In this document: positions 11,176 to 19,057 of the stretch, one piece after another
Layout of the letters: every line of letters begins with the position of its first letter
How positions within the stretch are numbered: position 1 is the stretch's first letter
Source: an uncultured delta proteobacterium
GTDB taxonomy: Bacteria > Desulfobacterota > Binatia > Bin18
Assembly (NCBI GenBank): GCA_963733195.1
Contig: CAVTCR010000012.1
Span: 32,001-96,000, forward strand
Direction: 5' to 3'
DNA: 64,000 bases
Program-made: the position numbers and the translations under genes
Notes under the pieces: model-generated
The model's database searches: none
What the model saw: the letters and a program-made list of their open reading frames with translations, nothing else
What the model was told of the DNA's origin: nothing

Positions 11176-12570
11176 ATGGAGAAAATTCTCGTCGTCGACG
11201 ACGAACGCAATGTCCATTACTCGTTTCGCCGAGTGCTGGGAAACGATTATGAGATCGTCTCTGCATTCTCAGGGAGAGAGGCTACCCAGCATTTGCTCGA
11301 CGAGGCTCTCCAGCTTGTGCTGTTAGACGTACGCATGCCCGGGGAAAGCGGACTTGATACACTCCAGGAAATCAAACGCCTGCGACCAGAACTGCCGGTG
11401 ATCATGATGACCGCCTTTGCGTCGGCGGAAACTGCGATTCGTTCAACGACATTCGACGCCGAAGATTACCTCATCAAACCGCTTGATGTTGATAATCTGA
11501 AGCACGTGATCGCCACTACTTTGCAGCGGCGACGACCTCAGCCTACTGTCCCACCATCCTCGCTCGAAATGCCAGTATCCGGTGCCGTCCCTATGCTCGG
11601 TCATAGTCGCGCCATGCAGGAGGTCTATAAAATTATTGGTAAAAGTGCCGCGCGTGATGTGACCGTCCTGATTACAGGAGAAAGTGGAACCGGCAAGGAA
11701 CTCATTGCTCGGGCTTTACATGCATACTCTGATCGGTCGCAAGGGCCGTTTCTCGCCATCAACTGTGCAGCTATTCCCGACACACTGCTGGAAAGCGAGC
11801 TTTTTGGTTACGAGCGAGGGGCATTTTCTGGAGCAGTCGAAGCCCGTCCAGGAAAGTTTGAGATCGCACAGGGAGGTACGCTGTTTCTTGACGAGATCGG
11901 TGACATGCCCATCCTCTTGCAAGCGAAGTTACTCCGGGTCTTGCAAGAACGTGAGTTATACCGGCTCGGTGCCCGTGAATCGCGAAGGGTTGATGTGCGC
12001 ATTATCGCGGCGACGAACCAAGAACCAGAGGGCTTGATTCGTGACGGTCGCTTTCGTGAGGACCTGTATTATCGGCTCAACGTGGTGCGCATTTCCCTGC
12101 CCCCACTACGCGAGCGCGGAGAGGACATTTCCTTACTCGCCGATTATTTTCTTGAGAAACATCATCAAAGCAATCCTCAAGGACCACGTGGATTCTCGGA
12201 GGATGCGCGTCAACAACTGCTTGCCTACTCGTGGCCAGGAAACGTCCGAGAGCTAGAAAACGTCATTGCCCAAGCAGTGATGAATGCCCGTAGCGGAGTC
12301 ATCACGTCTGAGGATCTCACCCTCAACGGCGACCTCCTCCAAGGCGAGAGTCACTCGGCAGAACCTGTCAGTCCATCAGCCGTAACACTTGATACGATCT
12401 TTGACCAGGAGGCAGGGAACGTATTTGCTGCCACCGAACGCTTGCTGATCACCAAAGCCCTCGAACGCACCCGGCAGAATCAAGTGCAAGCTGCACGCCT
12501 CTTGGGTGTCAGTCGCAATGTCCTCCGTGATCGCATGAAGCGATATCAGTTGTTTGACGTTGGCCCGTAG
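11176..12570 (+). CDS. sigma54-dependent NtrC-family response regulator (REC-AAA+-Fis HTH)
   Basis: VVDDE/LLDVRMP receiver, GESGTGKE, ESELFG..GAFSGA, FLDEIGD, WPGNVRELEN, NQVQAARLLGVSR. Confidence 0.93.
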   Translation: MEKILVVDDERNVHYSFRRVLGNDYEIVSAFSGREATQHLLDEALQLVLLDVRMPGESGLDTLQEIKRLRPELPVIMMTAFASAETAIRSTTFDAEDYLIKPLDVDNLKHVIATTLQRRRPQPTVPPSSLEMPVSGAVPMLGHSRAMQEVYKIIGKSAARDVTVLITGESGTGKELIARALHAYSDRSQGPFLAINCAAIPDTLLESELFGYERGAFSGAVEARPGKFEIAQGGTLFLDEIGDMPILLQAKLLRVLQERELYRLGARESRRVDVRIIAATNQEPEGLIRDGRFREDLYYRLNVVRISLPPLRERGEDISLLADYFLEKHHQSNPQGPRGFSEDARQQLLAYSWPGNVRELENVIAQAVMNARSGVITSEDLTLNGDLLQGESHSAEPVSPSAVTLDTIFDQEAGNVFAATERLLITKALERTRQNQVQAARLLGVSRNVLRDRMKRYQLFDVGP

Positions 12571-12607
12571 AGATGCCTAGGCGGGGTATCTCTACCTCAT
12601 CCCAGAG

Positions 12608-12634
12608 TCAGTTGCTTCCCCAGCAACACCTGTT
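12608..12634. promoter_or_regulatory. Candidate upstream activator site shared with the nirB promoter
   Basis: TCAGTTGCTTCCCCAGCAACACCTGTT, 19/27 identical to 18813-18839. Confidence 0.45.
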
Positions 12635-12753
12635 GGCTTCTCTGCCTTTGCCTTAACCAATCTCCACCCCTCACCACTCCCTTCATAATTGAGTAACGAA
12701 CGCTTCCTCTGTTTTTCTCCTGAATTATCCTTCTCCTTCATTGGTCAATATCA

Positions 12754-12770
12754 TCGGCACATCTCTTGCT
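12754..12770 (+). promoter_or_regulatory. sigma54 promoter of the nitrate ABC transporter operon
   Basis: TCGGCACATCTCTTGCT, GG-N10-GC. Confidence 0.75.
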
Positions 12771-12840
12771 CTCTCAGAACTGATCGCCACCATTCATAAA
12801 CTAGGGGCTGGTTCACAAGAGAAGGAGGCTGTTGTTGCGC

Positions 12841-14109
12841 ATGAAAAAACCGAAGACGCAATCACTGTCGCGTCGTCAGTTTCTACACGTCTCAGGCATG
12901 ACAGCATTGCTCGCCGGTCTGCCGACAACATGGGCCGGTCGCGTTTTTGCGTCCGATGCTCCCGAAACACCACAGATCCGCATCGGCATTATTGCACTCA
13001 CTGACTGTTCATCAATTGTGATGGCCTATGAAAAAGGCTTCTTCAAACAACACGGTCTCGATGTCACGGTATCGAAAGAGGCCTCATGGGCAGTGATTCG
13101 TGACAAACTTCAGCTTGGGGAAAATCATGCGACTCACATGCTGTACGGCATGCCGTACGCCTCAACCATGGGGCTCTTTGGTGCACCAGTCAAGCCGATG
13201 ATCATCCCATGGGCAATCAACTACAACGGCCAAGCCATCACCCTCAGTAAAGACTTGAAAGAAAAAGGCGTTCGCACTGCCGGTGATCTCAAGAAGTTGC
13301 TGGATGAAGAAAAAAGTGCGGGGAAAGAGCCTCGTACCTTCGCTATGACCTTTCCCCCAGGTACCCACGCCATGTGGATTCGCTATTGGCTCGGGTCTGG
13401 TGGGATCAATCCCGATAAGGACGTTTCGTTGATTACTATCCCTCCTCCACAAATGGTCGCCAATATGAAGGTGGGCAAGATGGACGGGTTCTGTGTGGGT
13501 GAACCGTGGAATGCGCGTGCTATCGCCGATGGGATTGGGTTTACAGCGACGACCACACAGGCGATTTGGCTGAATCATCCTGAGAAAGTGTGTGCATTTA
13601 CCGCCGAGTTTGCCGAAAAGAACCCCAGAACCGTCAAAGCCGTACTGAAAGGGCTCCATCAAGCCAGTGAATTCATTGACAAACTGGAGAATCGGCCCGA
13701 AGTTGCAGAAATCGTCTCTCGTCCTGCGTATATCAACTGTCCCAAAGAAATTATCCTCGGTCGTCTGCTGGGGAAGTATGACCACGGCGACGGTACAGGT
13801 GAGCACGAGGATAAAGACTACATGCGTTTCTTCGAGCGCGGTGTCAATTTTCCGTGGAAATCACATGGAGTGTGGTGGCTGAGTCAGTTTCGCCGCTGGG
13901 GCATGGTAAAAGGCACGCCTGATTACAAAGGCATCGTCGATAAAGTGCACCGCCCGGACATCTACCGGGAGATGGCCAAAGAGATGAGTATTGAAGCATC
14001 AGCCGAAGATTTGAAGTCGGAAAAACTCTTCGACGGCATCGCTTTCGATCCTTCCAAACCGGACGAATACGCTAAGGCGTTTACAGTGAAGAACAGTATG
14101 GAAGCGTGA
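12841..14109 (+). CDS. nrtA: Nitrate/nitrite ABC transporter substrate-binding protein (NrtA/CmpA family)
   Basis: TAT signal SRRQFL; IALTDC, TFPPGTHAMW, PPPQMVANMK and FCVGEPWN motifs. Confidence 0.9.
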   Translation: MKKPKTQSLSRRQFLHVSGMTALLAGLPTTWAGRVFASDAPETPQIRIGIIALTDCSSIVMAYEKGFFKQHGLDVTVSKEASWAVIRDKLQLGENHATHMLYGMPYASTMGLFGAPVKPMIIPWAINYNGQAITLSKDLKEKGVRTAGDLKKLLDEEKSAGKEPRTFAMTFPPGTHAMWIRYWLGSGGINPDKDVSLITIPPPQMVANMKVGKMDGFCVGEPWNARAIADGIGFTATTTQAIWLNHPEKVCAFTAEFAEKNPRTVKAVLKGLHQASEFIDKLENRPEVAEIVSRPAYINCPKEIILGRLLGKYDHGDGTGEHEDKDYMRFFERGVNFPWKSHGVWWLSQFRRWGMVKGTPDYKGIVDKVHRPDIYREMAKEMSIEASAEDLKSEKLFDGIAFDPSKPDEYAKAFTVKNSMEA

Positions 14110-14173
14110 GAAAAAGTAAGTCAGGTAGTCAGCATTCAGTAGACAGTAGAAAAACTCGGAAAAGTGAAAAGGA

Positions 14174-14956
14174 ATGACAGAGATGACACACGGACAACGA
14201 TTAAAGGCATTGGGGTTTCCTCTCATCGGGATCGCCTGTGTGGTAGCATTGTGGTCGCTGCTCAGCGCTACTGTCGCGCCCGATCTTCCCTCGCCATTGC
14301 GAAGTTGGGACGAGTCCAAGCGTTATATTCTGGACCCATTCTTCAAAGAAGGGGAAATGAATCAAGGAATTGGGAGGCTCGCCTATTACAGTCTCATCCG
14401 CGTCGCTCAAGGCTATTTCCTTGCGATTTTGATCGGGACTCCACTTGGATTTCTTCTTGGGCTGTCTCGCAATTTTACCCAGGCGTTTGATCCCCTCATC
14501 CAGATTCTCCGTCCGATTTCTCCGCTGGCATGGCTGCCACTCGGACTGATTCTCTTCCAACGCTCAGAACCCGCAGCGCTGTTCACCATCGCAGTCTGTG
14601 CCATGTGGCCGACGGTTATTAACACTGCCGTCGGTGTCCGCAATATCAATCAGGACTACTTGAACGTCGGGCGTGTGCTACGGCTCTCACGTTGGCAGAT
14701 GCTTACCAAGATCATTATACCTGCCACAGTTCCCTATCTCTTCACCGGTTATCGATTGAGCCTCGGTATCGCCTGGTTAGTGATCGTTGCCGCAGAAATG
14801 CTTACCGGGGCGGTTGGTGTCGGGGGTTTCCTCTGGCAGGAGTACAACAGCCTTGTCTACTCCCACATTATTCTCGCCATCGTCACAATTGGTTTAATCG
14901 GCTACATCCTCGATCGGCTGATGGCGATGGCCGAACTACGGTTCCAACGGGCATAA
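14174..14956 (+). CDS. nrtB: Nitrate ABC transporter permease
   Basis: LRPISPLAWLP and GIAWLVIVAAEML motifs; multiple TM segments. Confidence 0.9.
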   Translation: MTEMTHGQRLKALGFPLIGIACVVALWSLLSATVAPDLPSPLRSWDESKRYILDPFFKEGEMNQGIGRLAYYSLIRVAQGYFLAILIGTPLGFLLGLSRNFTQAFDPLIQILRPISPLAWLPLGLILFQRSEPAALFTIAVCAMWPTVINTAVGVRNINQDYLNVGRVLRLSRWQMLTKIIIPATVPYLFTGYRLSLGIAWLVIVAAEMLTGAVGVGGFLWQEYNSLVYSHIILAIVTIGLIGYILDRLMAMAELRFQRA

Positions 14957-14961
14957 GAGAC

Positions 14962-15816
14962 ATGAATTTACTTGAACTCAAAAATGTTGAGAAAAGTTTT
15001 CCTGGGCGTGAAGTTCCTGTCCTCGTAGATATCAACCTCAACATCCCGGAAGGACAGTTTACTGCAATTGTCGGATGCTCAGGCGCCGGAAAAACAACCC
15101 TAGTCTCGTTGATCGCGGGACTGACCACTCCCGACCATGGCAAGGTGATCTTCGATGGCCAACCGTCACGCGAGCCGGGGCCAGAACGCGCCATCGTCTT
15201 TCAGAATTACTCATTATTACCCTGGTTCACCGTCCTGGAGAACGTCGCTTTGGCCGTCAGCGCTGCTTCTCCTCGTTTAGGGAAGAAAGAAGTCACTGAA
15301 CAAGCGCAGTATTTTGTTGACCTGGTCAAGCTCTCTGCCGCAATGAGCAAGCGGCCACGAGAACTGTCTGGCGGCATGCGGCAACGCGTTGCGCTCGCCC
15401 GCGCTCTGGCAATGGAACCACGCATGCTGCTGCTTGATGAACCACTCAGCGCACTCGACGCGCTGACACGCGCGACGTTGCAGGATGAGTTAGCCCGGAT
15501 CTGCGGGGAAGCAAAGACTACCGTCATCATGGTCACCAATGACATCGATGAGGCCATCTTACTTGCCGATTGTGTCTATCCGTTAACTCGCGGGCCACGC
15601 GCAACCCTGGGTCACGCGATTCCTGTTGCCTTGCCACGGCCACGCACCCGTACTGGACTCAGTCTCAATCCTGAATATCAACGAGCCCGTCGGGAAATCA
15701 TTCGCTCGCTGGAAGGAACAAAAGAATACGTGGCGCCGGCTGATGCCAAGCACGAACAAACGCATCCTCTCATGGCCAGCGCCCAACCCCTCACCCCTGA
15801 CCCGCAAATTCTATGA
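14962..15816 (+). CDS. nrtC: Nitrate ABC transporter ATP-binding protein
   Basis: GCSGAGKT, VFQNYSLLPW, LSGGMRQR, LLLDEP; ATG at 14962 follows the nrtB stop. Confidence 0.85.
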   Translation: MNLLELKNVEKSFPGREVPVLVDINLNIPEGQFTAIVGCSGAGKTTLVSLIAGLTTPDHGKVIFDGQPSREPGPERAIVFQNYSLLPWFTVLENVALAVSAASPRLGKKEVTEQAQYFVDLVKLSAAMSKRPRELSGGMRQRVALARALAMEPRMLLLDEPLSALDALTRATLQDELARICGEAKTTVIMVTNDIDEAILLADCVYPLTRGPRATLGHAIPVALPRPRTRTGLSLNPEYQRARREIIRSLEGTKEYVAPADAKHEQTHPLMASAQPLTPDPQIL

Positions 15817-16703
15817 GCACCGTAATGATCGATATTTGGCAGCTCCGCAAAGTCTACGACACGCCAACCGGTCCTGCAGTAATTGTTGATGACTTCACCC
15901 TCAAAGCCAAGGAAGGTGAGTTCATCTGTGTTATTGGTCACTCTGGGTGTGGCAAATCGACGGTCCTGTCGATTGTGATGGGTCTCAACGAACCGACCTC
16001 TGGCAACGTCATCGTCGCTGGGAAAGAAGTGACTGGTCCTGGCCGAGATCGTGGTGTCGTTTTCCAATCTGCCGCCCTGCTTCCCTGGATGACGGTTCGA
16101 GATAATTTGTTGTTAGCCATCGACCAAGAAAGTACCCACGCAACAAAGAAAGAACGCGAGCAGCTTGCCGACCGGTATCTGACGCAAGTCGGGCTCGAAG
16201 GACAAGGGGAGCGGATGCCTGAAGAACTGTCTGCAGGGATGCGACAACGAGTAGGGATTGCGCGTGCCTTTGCCGTAGAACCGCGCGTGTTGTTGCTTGA
16301 TGAGCCGTTTAGTTTACTTGATGCCTTTACTCGCATGGAGTTGCAGGATCAACTCATTGACCTATGGGAGCGTACTCGCAAAACCGTGATGATGGTCACC
16401 CATGATGTTGATGAAGCGTTGCTGCTCGCTGATCGTATTGTGATGATGACAACTGGCCCTGCGGCTCGCATCGGTGGCATTCTTGAAGTGCCACTGCCAC
16501 GTCCACGCAAACGCGACCGTCTCCTCGAAGATCCAGCGTATTATCCCGCCCGCGATCAGCTCCTGACTTTTCTCGAGACTGGTGTTCCTCCAGCGCCACC
16601 TACGGACAGAAAGGATGCTAAGGATGAAGTCTCCCAGGTATCTCCTGCTCTCACTGGCCGCACTGTTCGCGACAGTCGTCTCTCCGCACCATGTCAAAGC
16701 TGA
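15813..16703 (+). CDS. nrtD: Nitrate ABC transporter ATP-binding protein
   Basis: GHSGCGKS, LSAGMRQR, LLLDEPF, THDVDEA. Confidence 0.85.
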   Translation: MSTVMIDIWQLRKVYDTPTGPAVIVDDFTLKAKEGEFICVIGHSGCGKSTVLSIVMGLNEPTSGNVIVAGKEVTGPGRDRGVVFQSAALLPWMTVRDNLLLAIDQESTHATKKEREQLADRYLTQVGLEGQGERMPEELSAGMRQRVGIARAFAVEPRVLLLDEPFSLLDAFTRMELQDQLIDLWERTRKTVMMVTHDVDEALLLADRIVMMTTGPAARIGGILEVPLPRPRKRDRLLEDPAYYPARDQLLTFLETGVPPAPPTDRKDAKDEVSQVSPALTGRTVRDSRLSAPCQS

Positions 16704-18102
16704 AGTCGCACTGCCTTCAATCTCACCAAAACTCTCTGTCAGTGGCAGTCTCCGCATCCGAACCGAGGTGTGGAACTGGTTCGATCCTAGAGGATCTTTT
16801 GACGACGGGTATGTTTTTTCCGCTTTTCTCGGGCGCGGCGCCCTGCAATGGAAAGACGACAGCTTCGACGTGATGGTCGAAGCCCAGAGTTCCTCGCTGC
16901 TGGGCTTGCCGACAAGAGCAAGTGCACCGGCACCACAGGGACTCTTGGGTCTCGGCGCGGTGTACTACGCGCATAATCGGAGTGAGGATGATTCGCATTT
17001 TTTTCTTAAGCAAGGCTTCGTTCTCTTCAAAAATTTGGGCCTGGAAGGATTTACGCTGAAAGGCGGACGTTTCGAGTTTTCCGAAGGAAACGAAATCCTG
17101 ACTAAAGAACCGACGTTGGATTGGTTAAAAAATATCCGACTTTCACAACGTCTGATCGGTCCGTTTGGTTGGTCACATGTTGGTCGTTCGTTCGATGGTG
17201 GTGTTGCCAGTCTCACCAACGGACCTTTGAATCTCACAGTGATGGCGTCTCATCCAACACAAGGCGGGTTTGATTTGCAAGGTATGAAAGAGATGGACGA
17301 AATCGATTTGCTCTACACCTCGTTCAATATTACTCGCCCATCGTTTGCCGAGAATAGCGACGCCCGTTTCTTTTATATCTATTACAAAGACGACCGTGGG
17401 TTGTTGAAATCGGACAATCGGCCACCGGCAGTGCGCCAGGCAGATACCCGCCATATCGATGTACATACCGAAGGCGGCCACATCATTTCCGTGTTCCCAA
17501 CCAGTGCTGGACCAATTGATGTACTGGCGTGGGGAGCATTGCAACAAGGTGATTGGGGAACGCTCGACCACAATGCCTGGGCATGGGATCTGGAAGTTGG
17601 GTGGCAACCGAGCATGCTGCCATGGAAGCCGTGGCTGCGTATTGGTTATGGTCGCTCATCGGGAGATGACAGCCCAGGTGACGGAGACCACGGCACGTTC
17701 TTCCAACTTCTTCCCACTGCTCGCGTTTACTCTTTCTCCACGTTCTATAACTTGATGAATAATGAAGATGGCTTTGTGCAACTGATTCTTCGTCCTATCC
17801 CTGGTCTCGTTTCCCGCACGGATTTTCACAATATTCGCGTCACCGAGGCTCGTGACCTGTGGTACCAAGGCGCAGGTGCGACGCTCTCTGATCGCAACGT
17901 CGGGTTTGGTTTTCCTGGCCGTCCAGCTTTCGGCAAACGCAATTTATTTCAAGTGATCGAGACCTCACTCAGTTATGATCTGAACAAATTTATCAATCTC
18001 AATGTCTACTACGGTCACATCTTCGGTGGAGGTATTGTCCGTTCGATTTTCGCCGGCGATCAGGCTGATTTCGGCTATGTAGAAGTGCTGTTCAAGCTGT
18101 GA
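16624..18102 (+). CDS. Outer membrane beta-barrel (alginate export/AlgE-like family), putative anion porin
   Basis: Signal peptide, GRSFDG, SSGDD.PGDGDHGTF, alternating beta-strand pattern; last gene of the nitrate uptake operon. Confidence 0.7.
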   Translation: MKSPRYLLLSLAALFATVVSPHHVKAEVALPSISPKLSVSGSLRIRTEVWNWFDPRGSFDDGYVFSAFLGRGALQWKDDSFDVMVEAQSSSLLGLPTRASAPAPQGLLGLGAVYYAHNRSEDDSHFFLKQGFVLFKNLGLEGFTLKGGRFEFSEGNEILTKEPTLDWLKNIRLSQRLIGPFGWSHVGRSFDGGVASLTNGPLNLTVMASHPTQGGFDLQGMKEMDEIDLLYTSFNITRPSFAENSDARFFYIYYKDDRGLLKSDNRPPAVRQADTRHIDVHTEGGHIISVFPTSAGPIDVLAWGALQQGDWGTLDHNAWAWDLEVGWQPSMLPWKPWLRIGYGRSSGDDSPGDGDHGTFFQLLPTARVYSFSTFYNLMNNEDGFVQLILRPIPGLVSRTDFHNIRVTEARDLWYQGAGATLSDRNVGFGFPGRPAFGKRNLFQVIETSLSYDLNKFINLNVYYGHIFGGGIVRSIFAGDQADFGYVEVLFKL

Positions 18103-18195
18103 GGCCGAGGAACGGTTTCTTCGCATCCCTCAGCTCTGCCTTGCTCCATCTACGCTCCTTTTCCTAATCCAAAAATTCTTACTCTCCGCAACTGG

Positions 18196-18223
18196 TTGAC
18201 ACCCAGCCTGCCAGGGGTACCAT
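18196..18223 (+). promoter_or_regulatory. sigma70-type promoter of bfr
   Basis: TTGACA-16 nt-TACCAT. Confidence 0.5.
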
Positions 18224-18273
18224 GTCAGGTACTGGTAGCGATCTGCCAACCAACCAGCAGAGGAGGATGAGCC

Positions 18274-18748
18274 ATGAATGGATCACGAGAAGTGATGAAA
18301 ATGCTCAATGAATTACTCCAAGGAGAACTGGCAGCTATCAACCAATATTTTTTGCATGCTTCCCTATGTAAGAAATGGGGGTATCTGCGTCTTTACAAGA
18401 AGATTTATGATGAATCCATCGAGGAGATGAAGCATGCCGAACAGTTGATCGATCGCATTCTCTTCCTTGACGGGCGCACCAACCGTGAAAGATTCGTTAA
18501 AAATTACGATTGGGAAAAACGTAAAAGAGATTCTTGAGAATGATTTAGCATTAGAGAAAGAGGGATTACCTGAATTGCGAAAAGCGGTTGCGCTGTGCCT
18601 TGAGCACGCTGACACCGGAACACGAGAACTTATCGAACATATTCTCGTCAGTGCGGAAGAGCATATCCAGTGGCTTGAGTCGCAAACATTTTTGATACAG
18701 CAAGTCGGCTACGAGAATTACTGCGCTCAGCACATCCAACCGGCTTGA
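18274..18748 (+). CDS. bfr: Bacterioferritin, frameshift near 18470
   Basis: ELAAINQYFLH, ESIEEMKHAE.LI.RILFL (heme-ligand Met), LALE, EEHI.WLE. Confidence 0.9.
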
Positions 18749-18751
18749 GAT

Positions 18752-18774
18752 GTAGGCGCGTGCTACGCACGCCT
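18752..18774. repeat. GTAG-type REP-like palindrome
   Basis: GTAGGCGCGTGCTACGCACGCCT immediately after the bfr stop. Confidence 0.5.
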
Positions 18775-18812
18775 TATACTTACTCGTTCTTCTTTGCCTG
18801 AAATTTCACCTC

Positions 18813-18839
18813 TCAACTGTTTCTCCAACAACATCTTTC
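18813..18839. promoter_or_regulatory. Candidate upstream activator site shared with the nrtA promoter
   Basis: TCAACTGTTTCTCCAACAACATCTTTC, 19/27 identical to 12608-12634. Confidence 0.45.
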
Positions 18840-18904
18840 AATCCCACTGTAATCGGCAAGGTAAAAATCCCCTGACTTTTCCATACGAATCCGGCTCTAA
18901 GGCA

Positions 18905-18921
18905 ATGGCATAGTTCCTGCT
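18905..18921 (+). promoter_or_regulatory. sigma54 promoter of the nirB operon
   Basis: ATGGCATAGTTCCTGCT, GG-N10-GC. Confidence 0.7.
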
Positions 18922-19057
18922 CGATAGGGCTCAGAGCGTACAATGCGCTGATGCCCAAAGGGAGGAAATCCCCTCAATACTCCTCCCATTGTTCAGGAGA
19001 CGGTGTTCCCTCCACCGTCTCCTGCCCTCCTGAAAGGAGGAAAAGGAGCCGTAGGTA

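Noticed and set aside
14692-14961. 90-aa N-terminal extension of NrtC
   Set aside because: It lies out of frame inside nrtB; the ABC domain starts at ATG 14962
12841-16703. Bicarbonate (Cmp) or cyanate (Cyn) transporter
   Set aside because: Same family, but no cyanase or carbon-concentrating genes nearby and nitrate/nitrite reductases follow; not strictly excluded
16624-16703. 80-bp nrtD/porin overlap as dual coding
   Set aside because: The NrtD tail is low-complexity and beyond the ABC domain; likely a drifted stop codon or an indel
18930-19057. ANTAR (NasT/NasR) dual-hairpin antiterminator
   Set aside because: No convincing pair of 3-bp-stem hexaloops, no U-tract terminator, and no ANTAR gene in the window
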